A DNA stretch of 64,000 nucleotides from Octopus sinensis (lineage: Eukaryota). Shown here one piece after another: positions 25,804 through 39,100 of the stretch (within the stretch, counting starts at the first letter, position 1; each line of letters starts with the position of its first letter). The notes under the pieces were generated by a model, which did not search any database, was not told the origin of the DNA, and worked only from the letters and a program-made list of their open reading frames with translations. The DNA is taken from positions 48,422,001 to 48,486,000 of the forward strand of contig NC_043010.1 in assembly GCF_006345805.1 (NCBI RefSeq), given 5' to 3'. Both the position numbers and the translations under genes were made by a program.

Positions 25804-27758
25804 TGTGAAGATTTCTTTCAGCTTTAATAAAGAGTATATTATTCTACCTTTAGTATTCAAGTACCATTTTTTACCATCATGTTTTACATATATGTGCTTA
25901 CTTGTGTGATTTCTCTTACTATGTTGTCAATTTTGATATGTAGCCCATTTTGGAATTAGGGTTTTGCCTAAGGAATTTTTACTGTGTACGATGTGACTAA
26001 CACTTTTCACACCAGCCTATTTGAGATGCCCCCTGGTTCTATGATGTACATTTTCCATGATCTAAATTAAAACCTGTAAAAATATCATGTTAATTTATTA
26101 TATTACAAACACAGCTTAATTGTGACAGAATTATTTTACTAAATTTTTCATTATTTTCAAAGTTAATTAAATTCTAGGCAGTGCATTTCAGTAGAAATAT
26201 GGTAACAAAAGGGTTAAGTAATTTGTTTAAGGTCTATTGAAGAGATAACATTATAAAATTAATCAGTTTGATGCTCAAGGTTCCACACAGTAGGACTGAA
26301 CCTGAAACCATGTGGTTGGGAAGCAAACTTCTTACCACACAGCCACACCTTAAGATATCTGTTTAGCCTAAGTTGCTCTGATAATTTCTTATCACTCTCA
26401 CCACTGTAAATGCAGTGAGTCAATGACTACTTCAGCAGAAATTTTTAACTTGATCAACTTTTGATAAAATGCAATATAAATTAAAATATAGCAAAATAAA
26501 TGAATCGTTCATGAATAAATGCTAAATAAGTCGATTCCTTAATTAAATAAGCATTATTCTGTCAAATGCAATGCTTATTTACTAACATTGTTTTGAATTA
26601 ACCGTGCATTGTCTTGCAGTTTCAATACTTTGATGACATGAATGTTTTTATTTTTAAAATGACATTATAGAATGGTCAGTTTGAGGATAAAAATAATTAG
26701 AATATTTGGCCTGGATGTGGCTGGTTTAAATGCTAAAGGGTTAATTACAGTAATTTCAGTACTCAACTGTTACTTTATTGTTTTCAACTTTGAAAGTGGG
26801 GGAAAATAAATAAATAAATAAATAAACTGATTGCAGCAAGAATTTGAACTCGGAACATAAAGGTTAGAAACCAAATGCTGCAAAGCAATTTTGTCTGACA
26901 CTCAAATTCAATTCTTAAGTGAACGTGTCTCTCTGCACTTTTTCTCTGAGGGAAAGAATTGTATCATAGCTTCTCATGAAGACTAGTCTTGTTTGTAGCC
27001 ACATAAGAAATCAATATAACAATTTCAAAGTTAATTTTAAAAATTAAATAAGTAACAAATTTTATTGTATAAATTTAGGAAACTGTTTAAATTTTTTTTT
27101 TAAACAATGTGTTTTACAGTAATTCTTCACAAATGAATCTCTTTGATACACCATTAGCTGAAGCAGCCAAAATAAAATTCAGCACTTGCAAGGGCTTCCT
27201 TCTAGATAACATTGATTTGTTGTTATTGTTTTTAAGTTACATTTCAAACTCATGCTATTTCTCAATTTAATAAACTTACACATCTGGTTTACATTATATA
27301 TTGACAGAGTGGCTAACCGGCTTCCGTGCCAGTGGCACATAAAAGGCACCATTCGAGTGTGATCATTGCCAGTGTCGCCTTACTGGCACTTGAGCCCTGT
27401 GCTAGTAGGGTATTAAGAGCACCATCCGAGTGTGATCGTTGCCAGATCGGCTATCTGGCCTCCTTGCCGGTGGCATGTAAAAGACACCATTCAAGCGTGA
27501 TTGTTACCAGCATCACCTTACTGGCACCTATGCATGTGTAAAAAATTTGAGCGAGGTCATTGCCAGTACCGCCTGACTGGCCCTGTGCTGGTGGCATGTA
27601 AAAGCACCCACTACACTCTCGGAGTGGTTGGCGTTAGGAAGGGCATCCAGCTGTAGAAACTCTGCCAGATCAAGATTGAAGCCTGGTGCAGCCATCTGGT
27701 TTGCCAGCCCTCAGTCAAATCGTCCAACCCATGCTAGCATGGAAAGCAGACGTTAAAC

Positions 27759-27798
<40 letters not shown>

Positions 27799-28840
27799 AG
27801 ATATCTATTTAGATCTGAGTTAATAATGGTTTCAGATTTTACTATGAGGCAGGGCAGTTTCAGGAGTAGAGGCTTAATCAAGTATATGAACCTCACTGCT
27901 CAACTGGTAATTTCATTGACACTTGGAAGGATAAAAGGCAAAGTGACTGCAGTGAAATTTGAACTTAGGACACAAAGAGCTGGAAGAAATGCATTCTGTT
28001 CAATGTGCTAGTGATTCTGTCTGCTTGCCACTTTAATTTGAGTTAATAGTTCTTTCTAGTTTCGACACAAGGCCAGAAATTTTGAGGAGGCAGGGGCAGA
28101 CATTGATGATATCCACTTTAATGCTTAACCCTTAAGCATTCAGATTATTCTGTCAAATGTAATGCTTGTTGATTCATGTTGTTTTGAATTAATCATGCAT
28201 TATCTTGTAGCTTTGAGATTTCAATGATGCAATTCCATAGTTTTAGAACGACATTGTGTGGGGGATAGGTGTGATGGGCTGAATCTGGCCAGTTTGAACA
28301 TGAAACAGGGAGACTATTTTGGCCTGATGTGGCCAGCTTAAATGCTAAAAGGTCAACTGGTACTTATCTTATTGACATTGAAAGGATGAAAAGCAAAGTC
28401 AACTTTGGTGGGATTTGAACTCAGAATGTAAAGAACTGGAAGAAATGCAGCCAAGCATTTTGTCTGATTCTTTGAAAGATTCTGCCAGGTCATTAGCTTA
28501 ATCAAAATTAAGAATAAAATGTACAAAGCAATAAAACACAACTTCCTTAACTAGATTTAAAGTGAATTGACAAAAAACAAAGTAACAAAATTTTCTTACA
28601 TAAAGTTCAGTAGAACAAAATAAATTGGGTTTCATGAGGCCAACAGTACTACTGCCATTACGTTCTGAGTTCAAATTCCGCCAAGGTCAATTTTGTCTTT
28701 TATCCTTTTGGGGTTGATAAATTAAGTACCAGTGAAACACCGGGGTTCATGTAACCAACTAGTCTTCTCACCCTAAATTTCAAGCCTTGTGCCTTTATTA
28801 GAAAGAATTATTATTATTATTATTAATATTATTATTATTA

Positions 28841-28902
<62 letters not shown>

Positions 28903-29123
28903 ATAATCATTATTATTATTGTTGTTGTTATTATCAAGGTGGCAAGTATTTCACCTGTTGCTACATTCTGAGTTCAAATTCAATTGAGGTCAATTTTGCC
29001 TTTCATCCTTTTGGGATTGTTAAATTAAGTACCAGTTGCGTACTGGTGTTGATCCAATCAACTGCACCCCTCCCCTCAAATTTCAGGCCTTGTGCCTATA
29101 GTAGAAAGGATTATTATTATTAA

Positions 29124-29168
<45 letters not shown>

Positions 29169-29692
29169 CATAACTTTGTTAAAACAAACCAGACGACCAG
29201 TTTTCTCAACAGCATTTATGTTTTCCATTGATATACATTACTGAAAAATGTACACATATATACTGGCATGAAATGTGCTGTTGCATACTTTTCTTCTTCC
29301 AAATTCCAACTGCAAGACATTAGTCAGTCTGAGGCTATGGTTGAGGACACTATGATGTGCAATTGAGGTTGGAATCACATGGACATGGCTGCAAAGTGGA
29401 TTTCTTAACCAAATAGCAATGCCTCTATTAATACTAACTGTGCTCTAAATTCCTGAGCGAAACGTCTTTGTCAAGTGGTTTCAAGTGAGATTGTTCATTG
29501 GATTGGAAACTATCACCTCAGTATAGATTCATTGTAATCATTTATTAACATTTTGCAATGACATTTTATTAAGAGCCAAAGTATTTCATAGTATAGCTAT
29601 GCCCTAACCACTTATAAGCTGCTTCACTTCATACAACAAAGTCTGATGTTGTTGTTATTTGACCCCATATCAACCCTGATGAAATAAAAATA

Positions 29693-30136
29693 CAGGGTGT
29701 CCACAAAGTATTTAGACAATTTCAAAGAAGCATTATAAAAAATTTAGAAGAGGTGGCAACTAAATTTTGCTGCATATTGATATGTTATCATAAAAGTTTT
29801 TAACCCTTTTGATACCAACCCGGCCAAAACTGCCTCTGGCTCTGTAGTACAAATGTCTTGTTTTTATAAGTGTTGAATTAAAAATCTTCCACCAAACCTT
29901 AGTTACAATTTATGTTCCCAACACTAGCTTAATGATAACTAAGTTCTTTTACTAAATCCTTTGTTATATTTAAAATTAATTGAATGAAACACAGAGCATC
30001 TCAAAATGAATACAGTTATGAAAGGGTTAAATGATATTAATAGTTTTATGAATGCTATGTGTTTATGTTTCAGACTGCAGTTAATGTAATTTTAATAAAT
30101 TTTTTCTATTTGTTTAATGATTTTGTGGACACCCTG
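29693..30136. mobile_element. Tc1/mariner MITE
   Basis: TIRs CAGGGTGTCCACAAA / TTTGTGGACACCCTG with TA TSD. Confidence 0.85.
29804..30026. mobile_element. piggyBac-like MITE nested in the Tc1 MITE (relatives at about 25997-26218, 26550-26743, 28125-28355, 52320-53000)
   Basis: TTAA|CCCTTT ... AAAGGG|TTAA. Confidence 0.8.
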
Positions 30137-30380
30137 TATGATGAAAGGATTTCCATCCCATCATTTTCCCCTAATACAATGTATTTAGGACTATGTTGTG
30201 CAATGTGATTTACCTTTCTTTTCAATTTTAGATGGTGTAATTTTCTGGAGATTTTGTGGCTGTTTCTAGCAGGTCGAATGAGCACTAGTTGTTCCATCAT
30301 TAGTATACATAGTTTTCTCTTTCCCTTTCATTTTCCTACTAAAAGGAAAAAGAATGTATCATTTAATGTACATTGTATTT

Positions 30381-30750
30381 AAAACAAGGGCACTCAGAGA
30401 GTGAAAACCTCTGCCAAGGCAACACCAACGTCCTCTCAGCAATTAGCTGGAGAGGATTTTTAAAATGAGAATATTTGAAATAAACTCAACTGCTCTCACA
30501 AAAGAGAATACTAAAAATTAACCTGACCGCTCTCAAAAATTAAGTAAAAAATCCGGAAAAATAATCCAGAAAAATTGTTCAGTACCAGATCAATCTAAAA
30601 ATCCACTTAGTTTGTGCCAGTCATGAGGCCAAATATCCCTGAAAGTTTCATCTGAATCCATCTAGCAGTTCTTGAGATATCACAGGCAAACAAGCAAACA
30701 AACAAACACAACTGAAAACAATACCTCTGCCTTTGCTAAGGCAGAGGTAA
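30381..30750. mobile_element. DINE-1/HINE-like (Helentron-associated) element
   Basis: Terminal hairpin TACCTCTGCCTT-TGCT-AAGGCAGAGGTA (30722-30749), matching subterminal ACCTCTGCC near the other end, internal (CAAA)n tract. Confidence 0.55.
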
Positions 30751-30839
30751 TAAGAGCTATTAATAGTTTCTTGCCATAGAGACTCTCAGATAAGTCAGGT
30801 TTATTGATCCTAGTTTAAGAGAACATTTAACTATATGTA

Positions 30840-30889
<50 letters not shown>

Positions 30890-31411
30890 TAGAGAAGAGT
30901 ATGCTTCTTTTTCAGATATATGTTGTGTCCATGTTGAAGGAGTAGATTATATATATATTGTGAAGGCATGTGGCCTGGTAGTTATGGTGCTGCACTAACA
31001 ATTGCTAGCTTGTGGGTTCAGTTCCTGGACTGGGCGTGGGGTACATTGTGCTTTTGAGCAAAACACTTCATTACTAAGCACTTAGTAACTTCTATGCTGG
31101 AGTGAGACAGCATGTTCTTTGTCTATCTCCTTAACTTCTTGAAGATTTTAGGTATAATTATACTAATGTGTCCATATGTTCTAATTTAATTAAATCCTGT
31201 CTTTGTGCAGCTGAAGATTGCTCTGCATTTTAAATTGATGTAATGATTGCATTGTTCAATTAAATGGAGTTGCATAAAACGATTGTATTGTATCACCTCT
31301 GGATTTCCTTGTTGCTTATTTTGATTTTAATCACCTTACTTTGAAATTGTATGAATAATACTGTATTAAATTCTTGTGCCTCAACCTAAGTACCATATTC
31401 ATTCTGAATCG

Positions 31412-31460
<49 letters not shown>

Positions 31461-31673
31461 GATAGATATTTATTACATAGGTGTGTGTGTATATATGTGT
31501 ACACACATAAATGTATATATGTACAGATGTATCATATAACATATATAATAAATATATATATATATATATCATTTTGGAGTCTGGGCAAACTGTCCAAACC
31601 ATGTCAACATAGACAATGGACATTAAATGATGATGATGATGATGTATATATATATATGTCTATATATAGTGTA

Positions 31674-31705
<32 letters not shown>

Positions 31706-31768
31706 GAAGCACTAGTTTTCTTTTCCAAAGTTTCTTTATTATCTGTGACTTAAATTCATTTCTAACAG

Positions 31769-31878
31769 GCTTTAGATGCTCTTGACAAAAGTGACATTGC
31801 TGAAATACGTGTCTTCTCTAATCCTCCTGAACTTGTCAGAACAGTAATGGAAGCAGTATGCATACTTCTGCATCAAAA
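31769..31878 (+). CDS. DNAH6: DNAH6-like exon 7 (microtubule-binding domain); absent from ORF track
   Basis: acag|GCT ... AA|gtaggt; [34 protein letters not shown]. Confidence 0.93.
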
Positions 31879-32264
31879 GTAGGTTTGAATTATTTTTCTT
31901 TATTCGAAATTATCACAGACAAGGCCCACAGGCTCTCTCTCTCGACAGAGAGTTAAGCAAAGTGAGGAATGGTACTGATACCTGAAAACTATAAAAACAT
32001 GTTTACATATGATGTAAAAACAGCTCTAGTATAATAAATATTATTAAATACATGTACTTATGTATATGCTTTGTATATTTTCCAGTAGCTGCAGTGGCAT
32101 AGTGGAGTATATAGCTCTCATGTTGCCAGTGTTAAAACACCTTAGTCATGGACAGGCAAGATAACTCACTCTTAATCCCATTTAGGAGTGATGGACAGCA
32201 ATGTTTTGCAATTTTTGTGGCATGTCAGCATCACACATCTGCATACATTAATATATGTACTTAA

Positions 32265-32579
32265 ACGATAAACGTTGCCCTTTTCAAGCCTAGCCAGGCT
32301 CATGGGCCTGGTTTCCCACTTTCTGTGGGTATGTGTTCCCCCCAGCTGGATGGGATGCCAGTCCATCGCAGTGTTACTCAAGAAACAGGAAGAGAGAATG
32401 AGAGAAAGTTGTGGCGAAAGAGTACAACAGGGGTCAACCCCCCCTCCTGCCGGAGCCTCATGGAGCTTTTAGGTGTTTTTGCTCAATAAACAGACACAAC
32501 GCATGGTCTGGGAATCGAAACCGTGATCCTCCGACTGCGAGTCCGCTGCCCTAACCACTGGGCCATTGCGCCTCTACAG
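32265..32579 (-). mobile_element. tRNA-derived SINE with 13-bp TSD
   Basis: Same head as 881 copy; TATATGTACTTAA at 32252-32264 and 32580-32592. Confidence 0.85.
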
Positions 32580-32709
32580 TATATGTACTTAATAATATTT
32601 ATTACACTAGAGCTGCTTTTACTTCATATATAATTTTTCTCTTAGGTATGCAATTTCTGGCATACCAGCTCATGATTTTACAAGCCATAAGCATATAAGT
32701 CATTGGACT

Positions 32710-32824
32710 GGTTAGATGACATGCCTTCAACCCAGGTGAGTGCATGATGTTGATGAGTCACAAAAATGATGAAACATCGATGTCCATCACTCCCATATGG
32801 GGTTGAGGGTGAGTTATCCCACCT
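32710..32824 (+). ncRNA. Type I hammerhead ribozyme-like motif with extended stem I
   Basis: tgatg-TTGATGA-gtca(caaaaa)tgat-GAAA-catcgatg-TC-catca; GUC cleavage triplet; core differs from consensus by C3U and a G-U pair closing stem II. Confidence 0.7.
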
Positions 32825-32908
32825 GTCAATGGCTCTAAGGTGTCAATAACTCTAAGGTGTCAATGACTCTAAGGTGTCAATAACTCTAAGGTGTCAATAA
32901 CTCTAAGG
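32824..32908. repeat. 17-bp tandem repeat, 5 copies
   Basis: TGTCAATAACTCTAAGG and variants, directly after the hammerhead hairpin. Confidence 0.9.
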
Positions 32909-33122
32909 AGAGAATGCAAATCCTTAATTCATATGCTACAAATGATTATGATACATGGGACTATAAAAATCTGCAAGTTTTAAAGAATGATGGTTAAAAC
33001 TTGATGCTTTTTTTCATAACCTTGCTAGCAAGTAGGTGGCTGGTCAAAATTTACTCAAAATTAAAGAGAGAAAGGGAACATACAAACATACATACATTCA
33101 TATATACATTCATATGTGTATT

Positions 33123-33169
<47 letters not shown>

Positions 33170-34413
33170 AGAGAGATATACTATTCTTTCTTGGTTTTGT
33201 TCCTTTGAGGAATTCATTTGAGAATTTAGGTTATGCTTACAGTATGGATATGGAATAATACATCCCCTCAGAAACTCTTGAGTTTCTTTTGATGATGGGA
33301 CGCTAACATGCAAGTGTTTGCATGTCAAGTATTTGGGTCCATTAAATTTGTGGTTCATTAAATTTGGACATTTCTATAGTTTCAGATTTTATATGCATAT
33401 ATGTGTGTGTATGTGTGTGTGTTTGGGTGGTTTTGTGTCTGTCTATGTCATTAATGCTATTTAAAGCCATTTACATCATCATCATCATCGTTTAACGTCC
33501 GCTTTCCATGCTAGCATGGGTTGGACTGTTCAACTGGGGTCTGTGAAGCCGGAAGGCTTCATCAGGCCCAGTTGAACCGTCCAACCCATGCTAGCATGGA
33601 AAACGGACGCTAAATGATGATGATGATGATGATGATTTACATCCTGTAAGTTAGCAGTTTGACTTACAAAGATTGAGAAAAATAAGTAACAGACTTTAAA
33701 ATTAATACTGGAGTAGACACAATCTTTGAGGTGGCACTTTAGCATGGCTATAGTTATACAAATATACATTCATACATATCTATCAACCTGTCTATTTGTT
33801 TACCTATATACCTATTCTCTTTCCTTTGTTCCTTCATCCCTTTCTTCCTTCAGTTCTTCCAAGCTGTATCAATTTTAAAGATTGATGCCCATATACCAGC
33901 CCCTTAACCACTGAGCAAAATTAGGTTTTGACTCTTCAATTAACCATTTGTCTTTCTTGTATATCATGTGATACACAGGACATATTTCCCTGGTGTCATT
34001 GCATCATATATGATACATATATGATACACATTCCCAATGTTTTTCAATCACCAGAATAACTTGGAACTTAGAATGTATGAAATAGGAGTTAGCTAAAAAT
34101 CTGAAAATAAGCATGGATATTTTGGACAGACTTATGAAAATACTTTGGACAGGCAATGGGCTATCTAAAGAAACAGTGCAATGCCTGTTGTAAATTTTGA
34201 AATCAAAAAGTTTAAATCTTATTGCAACATGCTGACTCTCTCAAATACATATACCTCCAAGACTTTGTTTTAACATCGCAGAATGAAGTCTTAGCTACTG
34301 TAATGATTCAGAAATCATTTATAAAATTACTATTTTTCTTTGGTAGGTTCAATTTTACCGTTTTGTTATTTTTTTGTCATTTTAAAGCATATTATTTCTA
34401 TATTCTTCCTCAG

Positions 34414-34576
34414 GACTGACTGGCAGTCTGCTAAAAGTGTGTTAGCTGACCAAAACTTTTTGAAAACCCTCCGTAGTTATGACAAGGATCATATACCCGA
34501 TCCTTTATTGAGAAAACTCAAAGTCTATATTGATAACCCAAAATTCTTTCCTGAGATTGTTGAGAATGTCTCCAAG
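34414..34576 (+). CDS. DNAH6: DNAH6-like exon 8 (microtubule-binding domain)
   Basis: tcag|G ... AAG|gtaaat; TDWQSAKSVLADQNFLKTLRSYDKDHI...VENVSK. Confidence 0.92.
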
Positions 34577-35324
34577 GTAAATATTCATTTTTATATTTTG
34601 GGTTTGTTCAGTTTTTGATAACTGTCATTTGTATTCTGTTTACATTACTCTTTTCACTGTTAGTTTGTGTTGGCTGGTGTTAGTTAGATGCATATCGTTA
34701 TTTGACTCCATCAAATATCATTTAATCTGTTTCTGCCAGCTCGCCCCCTCACAAACATATTCTAACTAACTTAAACTTTCAATTTCCACAGACCCTGCCA
34801 GCTCAGAATAAATATATAATATCTAAGAGGACTACTACAATGACACCCTAAAAGCATTCTCTCCCACTTAGCCCATATAAGCATATACACAGAAATGGAT
34901 GCAACATCAATAACCTTGCTGATTCCAAACCCCATACTGCAATGCACACCACAAACTATAAGTACAAATGAACAGCCATTGTAGTCTTCTGACTAAGTCC
35001 ACCTTAACACCTTTACTCTTGCTATCAAAGAAATTGACTAGATTATAAAGAGTGCAATATGTCTGCAGCTGGCTGCTGGATTGTACAGCACGGCCTTCAG
35101 TTAGATCAGTGGTTCTCAACTGCGATCTATATGTTCCTTGAGGGTCCATATGTCCTTTGGGAGTCCATATGTCACTTGGGGGTCCATATGTCCCTTGGGG
35201 ATCTGTTTAAAATTTCGATCTTAAAATTTGTGTAATAAATTGCTTATACTTCTATAGTATTAAAATATTTTGATTTTCTAAAATAATTCCTAATAATATT
35301 TAATTATAAAAATACAGTAAGAAT

Positions 35325-35387
<63 letters not shown>

Positions 35388-35390
<3 letters not shown>

Positions 35391-35635
35391 GCACGTGGCT
35401 CAGTGGTTAGGGTGTCAGCATCATGATCGTAAGATTGTGATTTCGATTCCAGGACCGGGTGATGTGTTGTGTTCTTGAGCAAAACACTTCATTTCACGTC
35501 ACTCCATTCCACTCAGCTGGCAAAATTGAGTAACGCTGCGATGGACTGGCGTCCTGTCCAGGTGGGGAACACATACGCCATAGAAATCGGGAAACCGGGC
35601 CCATGAGCCTGGCTAGGCCTTTAAAAGGGCGCATT
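35388..35635 (+). mobile_element. tRNA-derived SINE
   Basis: A/B boxes; CTGCGATGGACTGGCGTCC domain; (ATTT)n tail. Confidence 0.8.
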
Positions 35636-35783
35636 TATTTATTTATTTATTATATATATATATATATAAGTTCAGCAAAATTTAGATTCAGATGAATATG
35701 GTACTTAAGTTAAAGGCATCAGAATTTTGTATGGTATTATCTATATAAATCAAATGGGGTGATTTAATTGGAAAATTCTAAAA

Positions 35784-35869
35784 GTGGCTGAAGATTGCTC
35801 GTCATTTTAAAACTGATGTAATACTTACAGTGTTCAATAAAATGAAGTAGCATGAAACAATTGTACTAC
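35784..35869 (+). ncRNA. Type I hammerhead-like motif with long stem II insert (family also at 8635-8720 minus and 31207-31291 plus)
   Basis: gtgg-CTGAAGA-ttgct...agcat-GAAA-caattg-TA-ctac. Confidence 0.65.
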
Positions 35870-36168
35870 TCTACCTTGGATATACTTGTTGCTTATTTTG
35901 ATTATGTATATATATATATATATATCATCATCATCGTCATCATCGTTTAACGTCCGCTTTCCGCGCTAGCACGGGTTGGACGGTTCGACCGGGTCTGGGA
36001 AGCCAGGGGCCGCTCCAGGCTCCAGTCTGAATCTGGCAGAGTTTCTACGGCTGGATGCCCTTCCTAACGCCAACCACTCCGTGAGTGGATTGGGTGCTTT
36101 TTACATGCCACCTGCACAGGGGCCGGAGGGTCCGGCATCGTCACGATCGGTTCGAGCATTTTAACGTG

Positions 36169-39100
36169 TCAGCGGCACGGGGGCAACGAGGTCCGGGGTA
36201 CTTTGGGGATCGGGGTACTTTGGGGATCCAGGGTACTTAGAATGGGTAGGGGGTATGTGGAATTGCTGCAGAAAGCAGGCCGGGTCTTTGTAGTCACAGC
36301 ATATCTCCAGAGATCTCGGTCCTTCGCCATTGCCTCAGTGAGGCCCAATGCTCTGAGGTCATGCTTGACCACCTCATCCCATGTCTTCCTGGGTCTACCT
36401 CTCCCCCTGATACCTTCAACTGTTTGGGAGTGGCACTTCTTCACACATCTCTCTTCATCCATCCGCAGCACATGACCATACCATCGCAAGCGTCGCTCTT
36501 GCACACCACATCTGATGCTTCTTATATCCAGCATTTCTCTCAGGATACTTACACTCTGTTTTGCGTGTACACTGACACTACACATCCAGCGGATCATGCT
36601 AGCTTCATTTCTTTCAAGTCTACGCATGTCTTCTGCAGTCACAGCCCATGTTTCATTACCGTGAAGCATGGCAGTTCGCACACATGCATCATACAATCTA
36701 CCTTTTGCTCTGAGGGAGAGACCTTTTGTTGCCAGTAGGGGTAGGAGCTTTCTGAACTTTGCCCAGGCTATTCGTATTCTAGTGGTGATACTCTCTGTGC
36801 ATCCACCTCCGCTACTAACTTGGTCACCCAGGTAGCGGAAACTATCAACTACTTCTAGTTTCTCTCCCTGGAGTGTGATGGAATCTGTTTTCTGAGTGTC
36901 TGTTGTGTCTATTGTCCCTGTGCATCTGCCGCACATGAAAGCTATCTTATCTGTTAATTTCCCTTTAATGTTGCTGCACCTCTTATGTGTCCATAACTTA
37001 CATTGGGTGCATCTTATGGAGTTTCTACCTGTACCTTTCCTACAGGTTGAGCAGGGCCACCTACCCGAGGGGATGTGTGCTGAGTACCTCTTGCTGCTTA
37101 CTAATACTTTGGTCTTTGCTACATTTATTCTAAGGCCCTTTGATTCCAACCCTTGCTTCCACACCCGAAATTTCTCTTCTAGTTCCGGTAGTGATTCTGC
37201 TATGAGAGCTAGGTCATCGGCATAGAGGAGCTCCCAGGGGCATCCCGTTTTGAATTCCTCTGTTATTGCCTGAAGGACTATGATGAATAAAAGGGGACTG
37301 AGGGCTGAGCCCTGGTGCACACCTACTTCTACCCGGAATTCTTCACTATATTCGTTGCCAATCCTAACCTTGCTGACAGCCTCTCTGTATAGAGCCTGTA
37401 CAGCCCTTATTAGCCATTCTTCAATCTCCAGTTTCCGCATCGACCACCAGATAAGGGAACGGGGAACCCTGTCAAAGGCTTTCTCCAAGTCTACAAAAGC
37501 TATGTAGAGGGGTTTATCTTTAGCTAGGTACTTCTCCTGCAGTTGTCGGACCAGGAATATAGCATCAGTGGTGCTTCTACCTGGTACAAAACCGAACTGC
37601 ATTTCATCTAAACAAATTCTCTCCCTAATGAGATTGGTTATGACCTTCTCTGAGACCTTCATCACCTGGTCCAACAGTTTGATACCTCTGTAGTTATTTC
37701 TATCTAGAGCATCACCCTTACCCTTGTAGCAGTTGACTATGGTGCTGCTGCACCAGTCATTGGGTATGACTCCATTGTGAACTACCTGGTTTACAATGCG
37801 GGTGACTATGGCATAGCCCACATAGCCAGCTGTTTTAAGCATCTCAGCAGTGATTCCTGATAGGCCAGGGGCTTTGCCTGGTTTCATATCCTTAATTGCC
37901 TTATCTACAAGGGAGCTGTCTATTCGGGTAGCTGGTCCCTCTACTGGGTCAACATTTGGCAGGCTCTCCTCCTCCCATTCATTCTCCTCATTCAGCAGTC
38001 TTTCATAATGGCTTCTCCAAGCCTCTTTCTTTTCACTAGTAGTAAAAGCAAGTGCCCCATCATCCATGCGGACACATTTCTCTCCTATAACATCGCTATT
38101 TTCTCTGACACACTGTCTGGCAATCCGAAATACTTCAGCTCTTTGATCCTCGCGACGCTGGACATTGGCAAACTTCTTCTTTTCTGCTACATCTTCGGCA
38201 ATGTATACCTGCCGCCCAGCCTCCCTTTTGGCTATCTGGTACAGTTCCCTGCTGCCCCCATCCTTCCAGGCTTTCCAGGCCCGTCTCTTTTCACAGATGG
38301 CTTTATCTACTGCACTATTCCACCACCACGTAATTCTAGGTCTGGAAGGGACTTTGCACCATCCACAGACTTGGTCTGTGGCACTCAACAAGCTGTCCCG
38401 TAGGAATTCCCAGCTACCTTCTATGTCTGACGTCTGAAGCTCCTCCTCCCTCTCATCAAATTTCTTGATGAGTATGTCCCTAAATTTCTGACCATGCGAA
38501 GGGTTCTTTAGCCTCCAAATCCTTCTTTTCTGGATTGGTTTGTTTCTTGGAGTCCTTCTGGCCTCAAGCTTAAAGTCACTGATGATTAGTCTATGCTGAG
38601 GGATACATTCTTCACCCGGGAGGGTCTTTGTATTCAAGAGCAACCCTGCATCCCGTTGTCTGGTGAGGATGAAGTCTATTTGGCTAGCGGAGTCTCCTGA
38701 CTGATAAGTTATAAGGTGGCAGACTGGCTTCTTGAAGTTAGTGTTGCAGATTGAAAGGTTACATGCATCACAGAATTCCAGCAGTCTAGTTCCCTCATCA
38801 TTTCTGGTGCCAATACCATAGCCACCATGTACCCCAGTGAAGATACCCGATTCCCGCCCAACATGCCCATTAAAATCTCCACCTACAAAGATGAGGTCCT
38901 TGTTACTAGTCTTTGAAGTAGCCTGCAGAAGGGTATCATAAAAGTTGTCCTTCTGATCATTTGGTAGTCCCGCTTGTGGGGCATAGGCTGAGATAATCAT
39001 AGCTGTGCCACTCTGTAGGACCAACCTGAGCTTAAGCACTCTATCACAAACCCTGACAACCTCTATGACCTTATCCACCCATTCCTCCGCAAGGAGAATG

